64,000 bases of DNA from Phototrophicaceae bacterium. Its GTDB lineage: Bacteria; Chloroflexota; Anaerolineae; Aggregatilineales; Phototrophicaceae. Location of the stretch: NCBI GenBank assembly GCA_965220615.1, contig CBDCQL010000001.1:207096-271095 (forward strand), in the 5' to 3' direction. Of the stretch, positions 42,753-50,509 are shown piece after piece (the first letter of the stretch is position 1; every line of letters begins with the position of its first letter). The notes beneath the pieces were generated by a model that worked only from the letters and a program-made list of their open reading frames with translations, made no database searches and was not told the DNA's origin. The position numbers and the translations under genes are program-made.

Positions 42753-43955
42753 TCAGACCACGCGGATGCTGCGACGCTGCCAGTGGTTGGTCATGTAACC
42801 CTTGAAATTCCAGATTTCCTCGACCGTGGAGGGTTGTGTGTTGCCCGCCTGGTCGCGCGCACGCACGACCAGTTCGTAGTCGCCGGGCGTCAACTCCGTC
42901 TCCAGTTCCCAGAAGCACCAGCTCCAGCGGCCCGCTCCGGTGAGACCGGCCTCCTGCCAGCTCGCCCCGCCATCCAGCGAGAGCTCGACCACGGCAAGCG
43001 GCTGGCTGGCAATGGCGATGCCACGAAGCAGGAGCGGCCCGGCCGGTAATTCGGCGTCCGCCTCCGGCGTGATAAAGACCGAGTTGACATACAAATCGCC
43101 CAGAGGCCGCGCCGCGCCCCAGTCGGCCGTGTCGCTGCGGACGTCGGGCGGGAAGAGCTTGTAGGCGCGCTGCTGGTAATGATTGTCGGACTGGCCGGCC
43201 TGCAAGGTGAGGCGTCCCAGCCACTTGACGCTGCGCGCGCCGATATAACCCGGCACCACCAGACGCAGGGGGCGGCCATGGGCGGCCGGCAGCGGCGCGC
43301 CGTTCAGTTCGTCAGCCAGCAATACTTCCTCGGCAAGCGCCTTGTCAAGGGGGATCGAGCCGCCAAAGCCGATGGTCGCGCCGCCCTTCTCGATCTCGTC
43401 GAGGCCCAGCGCCGCCACGTGTTGCGCCTCCGCCTGGATGCCGGCGGCCTCCAGCACGTCGCCGAGGCGCACACCGCCCCAGCGCCCGTTACTGATGGCA
43501 TCGCTGCACCACAAAAGCGCGCCGTCGGCATTCTCTTCGTTGAGCATCTCCTGGCGGCGAAAACCGGCGCATTGCAGGGTGGCCTCCTGCTCATGGCGCG
43601 GAAAGTCGCGTTGCAGTTCCGCCAGGCCCAGCGACAGCGGCCGCTGCACCAGGCCATCGACCTCAAGGCGCCAACTGTCGGCATCCGGCGCGGGCACGGG
43701 AGCGTGGTTGCGCAGGTAGAAGATGTCCGACGGCGTCTCGTGGGTGGCGCGCAGCGGCTCCAGCGGCGAGCCGGCGTTCAGGGGACTGGCGCGATAGACC
43801 GTCATGTCCTCATGCTTGCCAAGTTCGCGCAGGAGCGCCAGCAGCTCCTCGTCCTTCCCAACTTGCGCGACTGTGGCCGGCAAACCCGGCAGTTGGGACA
43901 GGGCCGCCAGCGCCACCAGGCGGCGCAGGAATTCACGTCGATCGATGGAGTCCAT
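42753..43955 (-). CDS. Tat-exported molybdopterin oxidoreductase, sulfite-oxidase (SUOX) family
   Basis: ORF 42753..43955. Twin-arginine signal MDSIDRREFLRRLVALAAL, then FYLRNHAPVP and TLQCAGFRRQEM (Mo-ligand Cys context), with a C-terminal Ig-like dimerisation domain. Confidence 0.85.
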   Translation of the reverse strand: MDSIDRREFLRRLVALAALSQLPGLPATVAQVGKDEELLALLRELGKHEDMTVYRASPLNAGSPLEPLRATHETPSDIFYLRNHAPVPAPDADSWRLEVDGLVQRPLSLGLAELQRDFPRHEQEATLQCAGFRRQEMLNEENADGALLWCSDAISNGRWGGVRLGDVLEAAGIQAEAQHVAALGLDEIEKGGATIGFGGSIPLDKALAEEVLLADELNGAPLPAAHGRPLRLVVPGYIGARSVKWLGRLTLQAGQSDNHYQQRAYKLFPPDVRSDTADWGAARPLGDLYVNSVFITPEADAELPAGPLLLRGIAIASQPLAVVELSLDGGASWQEAGLTGAGRWSWCFWELETELTPGDYELVVRARDQAGNTQPSTVEEIWNFKGYMTNHWQRRSIRVV

Positions 43956-44032
43956 GCCATTCTTCCCGAATGCATGCCAGGAGCCGGTACAGCAAGAGCT
44001 TTTCTGCGCGCATGCCGGCCAGGGCTCGCATG

Positions 44033-45112
44033 CTAGAGTTGCACATAGCTGTTCTCGGCCAGAATCAGCCGATGGGCGGCGGGTACGTGCTCGGCCGAGG
44101 TGACCTGCGAATAGTCCGCCAGCAGACTGGAATCGATGCGGCCCGGCATGTTACGGATGACGCAGTCCTTCATGACGATGCTGTCCTCAATCTCGCTGCC
44201 CTCGACGACCACGTTGTTGCCGATCGCCGTGTAGGGGCCGACGTAGCTGTTGCGAATGCATACGTTGTCGCCGATGATGACCGGCCCGCGAACCACGCTG
44301 TTGATGATCTGGCTGTCACGGCCGATGAGTACGCGGTGCGAGACCTCGGAGTCGCCACAGACCTGGTCGCGGTTGGTCGGCGGCGGTGTGTAGGGCAGTT
44401 CGCCCAGCAGCACCTGGTTGGCGAGGATGATGGACTCAGGCTTGCCGGCGTCGATCCACCAGCCCTGAAGGATGTAGGGCTGGACCTGCCGGCCCTGGCT
44501 GATGAGCCACCCGATGGCGTCGGTGATCTCCAGTTCGTTGCGCCAGGAAGGCTGGATGTTGCCGATGGCCTCGTAGATCGAAGGGCGGAAAAGATAGACG
44601 CCGGAGATGGCGAGGTTGGAAACCGGGTTTTGCGGCTTTTCCACCACGCGCCGGATCTGGCTGCAATTGCTGTCCAGCTCGGCAATGCCGAAGCGTTCAG
44701 GGTCCGGCACCTCGGTCAGGGCCACGGCGGCCTCGGCCCCGGAGTCGGGGAAGTTGGCCAGCAGGTCGGTGAGGCGGTCCTTGAAGACGTTATCGCCGAG
44801 GAACATGCAGAAGGGCTCGTCGCCGGTGAAGGGCTGCGCCAGGCTGGCGGCATGGGCCAGACCCCGTTGCACTTCCTGCACGATGTATTCCAGGCGTACG
44901 CCCAGCTGGCGGCCATCGCCCAGTTGCTTCGGAATGGGCGAGCCCAGACTGTTGACGACGATGCCGATGTCGACCAGGCCGGCCTCGCGCAGCAGGTCGA
45001 TGGCGTATTCGATGAGGGCCTTGTTGGCGACCGGCACCAGCGGTTTGGGCATGGTGAGGGTGACCGGGCGCAGGCGGGTCCCCTGACCCGCCGCGAGGAT
45101 GACCGCCTTCAT
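44033..45112 (-). CDS. Sugar-1-phosphate nucleotidyltransferase, long form with C-terminal left-handed beta-helix (glucose-1-P thymidylyl/uridylyltransferase-like)
   Basis: ORF 44033..45112. MKAVILAAGQGTRLRPVTLTMPKPLVPV. The C-terminal third shows hexapeptide repeats (IGDNVCIRNSYVGPYTAIGNNVVVEGSEIEDSIVM). Confidence 0.85.
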   Translation of the reverse strand: MKAVILAAGQGTRLRPVTLTMPKPLVPVANKALIEYAIDLLREAGLVDIGIVVNSLGSPIPKQLGDGRQLGVRLEYIVQEVQRGLAHAASLAQPFTGDEPFCMFLGDNVFKDRLTDLLANFPDSGAEAAVALTEVPDPERFGIAELDSNCSQIRRVVEKPQNPVSNLAISGVYLFRPSIYEAIGNIQPSWRNELEITDAIGWLISQGRQVQPYILQGWWIDAGKPESIILANQVLLGELPYTPPPTNRDQVCGDSEVSHRVLIGRDSQIINSVVRGPVIIGDNVCIRNSYVGPYTAIGNNVVVEGSEIEDSIVMKDCVIRNMPGRIDSSLLADYSQVTSAEHVPAAHRLILAENSYVQL

Positions 45113-45183
45113 GCGTCAGCGCCTCCCGAAAAGATGGCAGGACGGGAAATGGTACACGGGAACCATGCGGGCTGCAATCAGGT
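45087..45183 (-). repeat. Leader/5'-CDS repeat, copy 1 (functional copy feeding into the nucleotidyltransferase gene)
   Basis: The 42-nt block 45087-45128 matches 45529-45570 at 41 of 42 positions. The 26-nt block 45158-45183 is identical to 45607-45632. The sequence between the blocks is divergent. Confidence 0.85.
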
Positions 45184-45248
45184 TGCGCGCGCTGCAAGGC
45201 CAATGCGGTCCTGTCAGATTTGTGTCCGGGGACTGGTGAAGCGGCCGG

Positions 45249-45446
45249 TCAGGCCTGCTGGTCCTGATCCGTCCTTTTGCGAACCAGCGGTGGATACGGC
45301 TGGCTTACCCGTTCGCCCGGCACAAAGGGGGCGGACCGGGAGTAATTTTTGTCAGTGATGACTACAGATGAAACCGGGACGCCAGTGAACCTCACCTTGC
45401 CTACCGGGGGGTACTGCCGCACGTCAATTAACTCAGGCCCACTCAT
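45249..45446 (-). CDS. Small hypothetical protein A (65 aa), member of a duplicated pair
   Basis: ORF 45249..45446 with GGAGGA 5 nt upstream of the ATG. About 28 of 59 positions are identical to ORF B: MS.P......YPP.GKVR...VPVSSV.......Y....FVPG.ERVSQ..PP. Confidence 0.6.
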   Translation of the reverse strand: MSGPELIDVRQYPPVGKVRFTGVPVSSVVITDKNYSRSAPFVPGERVSQPYPPLVRKRTDQDQQA

Positions 45447-45528
45447 TCGTATCCTCCGGGATCCGGAATTCCGGCCTGCTTATCCACTGGAATCCCACTT
45501 CTTCTGATACTACAGCAACAAGGAATGC

Positions 45529-45632
45529 CCCGCCGCGAGGATGACCGCCTTCATACGTCAGCGCCTCCCGCGATGATGAACGATGCCTGCTCATGGCATG
45601 GAACGTGGGAACCATGCGGGCTGCAATCAGGT
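45529..45632 (-). repeat. Leader/5'-CDS repeat, copy 2 (stub: SD + MKAVILAAGHSLLL-stop)
   Basis: See copy 1. The nucleotidyltransferase start codon and first 26 nt of its CDS are duplicated here, but the frame terminates after 14 codons. Confidence 0.85.
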
Positions 45633-45715
45633 CGGGCGCGGTGCAACTTTCCTGAACAGCATGGCGATGAATGTGTCCGGAAGTGGTGATTTGGATTGAG
45701 CCAGGTCGTCTGCAA

Positions 45716-45895
45716 TCAGTCCTTGTTTCTGCGTGGCGGCCATGTTTGGCTCACCCGCTCCTTGCCAGGAACGAAGGATGAGGGTTTTGGGTAATCCCCC
45801 ATTTTGACCTTTACGGATGAGACCGGCACGGCGCCTGGTCTGACTTTGCCGGCCGGGGGATATGTCCAAAATTCAGGTTGCCTAGGCTCACTCAT
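45716..45895 (-). CDS. Small hypothetical protein B (59 aa), paralog of protein A
   Basis: This is the inner part of ORF 45716..45961. ATG 45895 (MSEPRQPEF) has GGAGGG 5 nt upstream, at the same position as in unit A. Confidence 0.6.
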   Translation of the reverse strand: MSEPRQPEFWTYPPAGKVRPGAVPVSSVKVKMGDYPKPSSFVPGKERVSQTWPPRRNKD

Positions 45896-46032
45896 TCGCT
45901 TCCCTCCGGTAGATTGATCGCAAGGCAATAACCACGGCTCTTGAAATTCAAAAATGTGCAATTCACTTGGAATCTTTCAACTCACCTTCTTCTAAAATAC
46001 TGTCAATATCTTGGATGAAACCAGCAAACATT

Positions 46033-46557
46033 TCATGATATTTCAGATCCGTTTCTATCGTTTCCGACATTCTTGCGGACTTCCAAAAGAAATTCTCCCA
46101 TCACTTTGAGTGATTCAATTGACTTGCCCGTCTTTTGCAGGTCGCCGACATCTTTGTTCTTCGCGGCAAATTGAACAAAACTATTGAAGGCCCGCACGAC
46201 ACTGTCAGAGCCAAACAAGGCCAACCTAAAACCAGCCTCTCTGTACTCAACTGAGGTAACGATCTCATGTGCAAACGCGTCCTTGGACATGTTTCTGATT
46301 CTGTTTCTTATGGGCCTGTATCGCTGTGCCTCATAGAACTTCTCATCTTTAGATAGGGCCAAGATATATGGTTCTATTATTTTCCTGTAAATCTCAAGGC
46401 GATCCTCACGCAATTTTGCTTCCAGGTCTCGAGTGCGTTTTGCACGACGTTGAGATTGTTCCAGATTTCTATTGATGAAATAGCCTGCTACCGCAACAAC
46501 AATTGGAGTGGCATAAGGAGCAAAGACATCAAGAGTCTCCCGAACAATTGGATCCAT
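46033..46557 (-). CDS. Orphan hypothetical protein with one N-terminal TM helix, strongly low-GC
   Basis: ORF 46033..46557. YATPIVVAVAGYFI is a TM helix, followed by a helical, Lys/Arg/Glu-rich domain. No family recognised. GC is visibly about 40 percent against about 65 percent in the flanks. Confidence 0.6.
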   Translation of the reverse strand: MDPIVRETLDVFAPYATPIVVAVAGYFINRNLEQSQRRAKRTRDLEAKLREDRLEIYRKIIEPYILALSKDEKFYEAQRYRPIRNRIRNMSKDAFAHEIVTSVEYREAGFRLALFGSDSVVRAFNSFVQFAAKNKDVGDLQKTGKSIESLKVMGEFLLEVRKNVGNDRNGSEIS

Positions 46558-46598
46558 GCTGTTCTCCCAATTGAATTAATGCTTGAAAGAAGCGGGTT

Positions 46599-47828
46599 TT
46601 AGTCCCGCGCGCGGCGCAGGGTGGCCGCGGCCAGGTCCTCAATGCCGTGGCGCAGGGGTTTGCCGCGCGTGGCCTGCGGCCCCTGCTGCGCCTGGTGCCA
46701 GATGTCGGCGGCAATCTCGAAGACGGCGTTGGGACGGGCCTGGGCGCGCGCGCGCTGCGAGCGTCGCTGCAGGCCTTCCGGCCCCTCCGCCAGCCAGGCG
46801 AGCAGCGTGTCGCCGATCTCGCGCGGGTCGGGCGTGAAGACGCCGACGCCGTGCTCGATGACCCAGTCGACGTTGCCGCTCTCCTGACCCGGGATGGCAT
46901 CGTAGAGCATGAGCGGGACGCCGGCGATACAGGCCTCGCTGATGGTGGCCGGCCCCGCCTTGGTGACGATGATGTCGGTCGCCGCCAGCACCACCGGTAT
47001 GTCGCGGCGGAAGCCATAGATGCGGGTCGGCTGGTTCCAGACGACCGACTGCAGCCGCTGGCGCAGGGTCGCGTTGCGGCCGGTGATGACCAGCAACTGG
47101 CACTGCGGCCGCCGTTCGTTGATGGCCAGCGCCGTGCGGTAGACCGGACCCATGCCGTCCACGCCACCGACGAGCAGCACGACGGGTTGATGCGGATCGA
47201 GCCCCAGCCGCTCCCGCGCGCTGGCCCGGTCGGTCAGGCCGTCGATGAAGTTCGGATGCACCGGCAGGCCCGTGAGGCGCAACTGGTCCGGCGTCATGCC
47301 GTTTTCCAGGCCGCGGGCATAGGCCGCCGCGGTGGGCACCAGCGTGCGCTCGGCGCGGCGCTCGTACCACATGTGGTGGGTGGAGACGAGGTCCGTCACG
47401 ACCACCACAAAGGAGGCGCGGCCCGGCAGGCTCTGCATGGCCTTCATGGTGGGGCGCGCCAAAGCCGAGTGCACGCAGACGATAACGTCCGCGGGGTGCT
47501 CCCGCAGCAGGCGCTTGAGGCCCAGTTCAAGGGTGTGAAAGATGGTGGTGGAGAGGATGCGGGCGCGCTGGCGGGTGTTGGAGAGCTTGTATCCGGCGCC
47601 CCAGGACTGCTTGCTGTTGTTCACCCACCAGGGGTAAATCTCCGGCAGGTACTTGAAGGGCGCCGGCGAGTAGTCGCGGAAGACGTCCACCAACTCGACA
47701 GCGACAGCTTCCGGCCCGGGCCGGCGATAAAGCGCGTCGCGGATGGCCTCGGCCGCGGCGCGGTGTCCGCCGCCGGTATCGGACATCAGGATCAGGATGC
47801 GTCTATTTTTGTCCGTCTGGAGCAACAT
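46599..47828 (-). CDS. MGDG-synthase-like / GT28 glycosyltransferase (diacylglycerol glycosyltransferase type)
   Basis: ORF 46599..47879. ATG 47828 gives MLLQTDKNRRILILMSDTGGGHRAAAEAIRDAL, the hallmark MGDG_synth N-terminus. The C-terminal part has VTKAGPATISEACIAGVPLML. Confidence 0.8.
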   Translation of the reverse strand: MLLQTDKNRRILILMSDTGGGHRAAAEAIRDALYRRPGPEAVAVELVDVFRDYSPAPFKYLPEIYPWWVNNSKQSWGAGYKLSNTRQRARILSTTIFHTLELGLKRLLREHPADVIVCVHSALARPTMKAMQSLPGRASFVVVVTDLVSTHHMWYERRAERTLVPTAAAYARGLENGMTPDQLRLTGLPVHPNFIDGLTDRASARERLGLDPHQPVVLLVGGVDGMGPVYRTALAINERRPQCQLLVITGRNATLRQRLQSVVWNQPTRIYGFRRDIPVVLAATDIIVTKAGPATISEACIAGVPLMLYDAIPGQESGNVDWVIEHGVGVFTPDPREIGDTLLAWLAEGPEGLQRRSQRARAQARPNAVFEIAADIWHQAQQGPQATRGKPLRHGIEDLAAATLRRARD

Positions 47829-47865
47829 GCCTCGTGTTTCCGCGCGTTTGCATCCCGGGCCGGGA

Positions 47866-48063
47866 TCACAGCGGCCCACGCAGGAGCCGTTTCGCGCGTT
47901 TGCCGAACTCCCTGCGCGTCAGCAAAACCCTTCGCTGGCAACCGCTGCAACGCAGACCGATATCCGCCCCGATGCGGTAGACGACCCAGATGTCGCTGCC
48001 ACAGGGATGTGGCTTGCGAAGCTGCACGCGGTCGTCGACCTGAACCTCCTGCACGTCGGCCAT
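47866..48063 (-). CDS. DUF951-family small protein
   Basis: ORF 47866..48063. VQLRKPHPCGSDIWVVYRIGADIGLRCSGCQRRVLLTRREF matches the DUF951 pattern (hPCG..W.v.R.GaDi.l.C..C). Confidence 0.75.
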   Translation of the reverse strand: MADVQEVQVDDRVQLRKPHPCGSDIWVVYRIGADIGLRCSGCQRRVLLTRREFGKRAKRLLRGPL

Positions 48064-48165
48064 GGCTGCCTCCGCCCGCCAAAAAAGTATAGCGCAGTCA
48101 TGCCGGACTGCACAGGGAGCATGCTATACTGCCTGGGTTGGCCAACCTGAAGCAGGGAGCATCCC

Positions 48166-48825
48166 GTGCTGTTGCTCGGCAACCTTTCGCTGGAAGGGAT
48201 TCTGGGCGCCATCGTGGCCGTCGGCCTAGGCATGACGGTGCACGAATTCGCCCACAACTACGTCGCGCACCGGATGGGCGACCCGGTGCCGGCGCAACAG
48301 GGTCGTCTCACGCTGAACCCGCTGGTGCACATCAACTGGCTGGGCTGGCTGATGTTCGCGCTGCTTGGCTTCGGCATCCTCGGCTCCGCGCCAATCTCCC
48401 CGCAGCGCATGCGCAACCCGCGCTACGGCTTTCTGGCGGCGGTGGCGGCCGGCCCCCTGGCCAACCTGCTGCTGGCCCTGCTCTTCGGCCTGCTGTACCA
48501 GATGATGGAGCCGCTGCTACGCTCGGGCGCCTTGCCGCTTGTGCTGGTGCGGCCGGTGGCCACCATGATCTGGACCATCGTCTTCATCAACGTGCTGCTC
48601 TGCCTCTTCAACCTGCTGCCGCTCTTTCCGCTGGATGGCTGGCACGTGGTCTACGCCCTGCTGCCCGCTCAACAGGCCTGGACCTGGGGCAGCGCGCAAT
48701 GGCGCCAGTACAGTCAGTACGCCTTCTTCGCCCTGATCCTGCTCAGTTTCAGCGGCATTTTCAATCTCTTCGGCATGTTGGTCAGCGGGCCGGCCTTCCG
48801 CTTCACGCGCCTGTTGCTGGGTTAA
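48166..48825 (+). CDS. M50-family (site-2 protease-like) membrane metalloprotease
   Basis: ORF 48166..48825 with a GTG start behind AGGGAG. Contains HEFAHNYVAH (HExxH) and NLLPLFPLDGWHV (the second metal-ligand Asp motif). Confidence 0.8.
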   Translation: MLLLGNLSLEGILGAIVAVGLGMTVHEFAHNYVAHRMGDPVPAQQGRLTLNPLVHINWLGWLMFALLGFGILGSAPISPQRMRNPRYGFLAAVAAGPLANLLLALLFGLLYQMMEPLLRSGALPLVLVRPVATMIWTIVFINVLLCLFNLLPLFPLDGWHVVYALLPAQQAWTWGSAQWRQYSQYAFFALILLSFSGIFNLFGMLVSGPAFRFTRLLLG

Positions 48826-48826
48826 G

Positions 48827-49330
48827 GTGGGCGCCGGGCGTCGTCTGCGCCAGGGGCTGAACGCCCTGCTGGCCTTCGCGCAGCCGGTGGACAGGGCCCA
48901 GGCGGCGCGGCACCTTACGCCGGCGTTGCAGCAGTGCTTCACTCGCTTGCGACGCAGCGAACAACTGCACAGTTTGCGCGTGCTGCGCGCGTTGCAGGCC
49001 GAAAGCGCGGTAGGTCCGGACCTGGCGGTGGCCGCCCTGCTGCATGACGTGGGCAAGACGCGCTGGCCCTTCCCCCTGTGGCAACGGGTGCTGGTGGTGG
49101 TGGTGCCCGCGCTGGCGCCGACTCTGGCAAAACGGCTGGCCCGTGGTCGCGAAACCGACCTGCTGGCGCGGCCCTTTTTACTCTGTGAACAGCACCCCGC
49201 CTGGGGCGCGCGGATGGCGCGCGCGGCGGGCGCCAGCGAGCGCGCCGCCTGGCTGATCGAGAACCACGTGGGGGCAACGGGCGACGACGACGACCTGGCG
49301 CGGCTGCGCGCGGCGGACGAGCGCAGTTGA
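48827..49330 (+). CDS. HD-domain protein
   Basis: ORF 48827..49330. AALLHDVGK in the HD motif context. GTG start 2 nt after the upstream stop. Confidence 0.6.
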   Translation: MGAGRRLRQGLNALLAFAQPVDRAQAARHLTPALQQCFTRLRRSEQLHSLRVLRALQAESAVGPDLAVAALLHDVGKTRWPFPLWQRVLVVVVPALAPTLAKRLARGRETDLLARPFLLCEQHPAWGARMARAAGASERAAWLIENHVGATGDDDDLARLRAADERS

Positions 49331-49384
49331 CCGGGCGCAGCCAGCCAGTCGCTATAATGGAGCGCAGCAGGCAGGAGCAACCGC

Positions 49385-50416
49385 ATGGCCAAAACCATCA
49401 CCGTGACGATCATTGGTCTGGACCGCACGGGCAGTTCGGTCGCGTTGGCGCTGCGGCGCTGCAACTGCAACAACCGGGCGCCGCAGCATTTTGACGTCCG
49501 CGGCGCCGACCCGCGCCCGGGCATCCTTGAAACGGCGAAACGCGCCGGCATCTGCGACAAAACCGAGCGCAACCTGGCCGGCGCCGCGCGCGACCGCGAT
49601 ATCGTCGTGCTGGCCCTGCCACTGCCGGAGCAACTCCAGGCCTGGCAGGCCCTGGCGGACAGCCTGCAGCCAGGCGCGGTCGTACTCGACATGGCGCAAC
49701 TGAAGGCACCTGCTTCGCGGCTGGCGCAGGAACACCTGCCCGAGGACGCGCATCTGGTGCAGGTGACGCCCGTCGTCAACGCCCGTTACCTCTTTGACGG
49801 CGTCGATGATGCCGACCACGCTGCGGAAGACCTCTTCGATGACGGCAACATGCTGCTGATGCCGGCGCCGGACTGCTCGCGCGCGGCCGTGGAACTGGCC
49901 AGCGACTTCAGCACCTTGCTGGGCGCGACGCCGCACTTCATGGACGCCCTGGAGCACGACATCCTGAGCGCCGCCACGGTCGATCTGCCCGCGCTGCTGG
50001 GCGTGGCCAGTTTTCACTGTCTGTCGCACAGCCCGGGCTGGAACGACCTGCAGCGCCTGACCAACCCGCCCTTCGGTCGCCTGACCCACCAGCTCTTCGA
50101 CCGGCATCCGGACGACCTGCGCGACCAGTGGCTGCACAACCGCGTGCCCCTGCTGCGCTGGCTCGATGACCTGCTGGTCACCCTGCAACAGGCCCGTACG
50201 GCGCTGGACGACGGAGACCGCGATGCCCTGGAAGCCCTCCTGACCGGCGCCGAAGAGGAATACAGCGCCTGGATCAACCGTCGCGGCAACAACCGCTGGG
50301 ACGCCGATGAACGCAAGTCCGACCTGCCCTCACCCTCCAGTATGCTGATGTCCGGTCTGATGGGCGACTTTCTCTCGCGCCGCATGCGCGGCAACAGCAA
50401 CGAGGAAGAACGCTGA
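49385..50416 (+). CDS. Prephenate/arogenate dehydrogenase (TyrA)-like protein with degenerate dinucleotide-binding motif
   Basis: ORF 49385..50416. The N-terminal TIIGLDRTGSSVALAL sits where GxGxxG is expected, and DIVVLALP and VVLDMAQLK follow the TyrA layout. Assignment is tentative. Confidence 0.45.
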   Translation: MAKTITVTIIGLDRTGSSVALALRRCNCNNRAPQHFDVRGADPRPGILETAKRAGICDKTERNLAGAARDRDIVVLALPLPEQLQAWQALADSLQPGAVVLDMAQLKAPASRLAQEHLPEDAHLVQVTPVVNARYLFDGVDDADHAAEDLFDDGNMLLMPAPDCSRAAVELASDFSTLLGATPHFMDALEHDILSAATVDLPALLGVASFHCLSHSPGWNDLQRLTNPPFGRLTHQLFDRHPDDLRDQWLHNRVPLLRWLDDLLVTLQQARTALDDGDRDALEALLTGAEEEYSAWINRRGNNRWDADERKSDLPSPSSMLMSGLMGDFLSRRMRGNSNEEER

Positions 50417-50509
50417 CTCTCACCGGACGTTAAGCCGACGTTTACACAGTTCACAGGCTCCGCAGCCATGCTCGGCGACTGTAAGCATAGTTGCATCCGG
50501 AGGACAATC

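Noticed and set aside
42553-43224. Upstream two-thirds of the 338-aa ORF 42208..43224(-).
   Set aside because: It overlaps the strongly supported sulfite-oxidase-family gene in a different frame and reads as Arg/Gly/Pro-rich junk. Only the 3' 345 nt (TM plus coiled coil) looks like a gene.
45433-45615. 60-aa ORF (minus) across repeat copy 2.
   Set aside because: It is in a different frame from the duplicated nucleotidyltransferase start, has no SD and no paralog in unit A. It is a by-product of the repeat.
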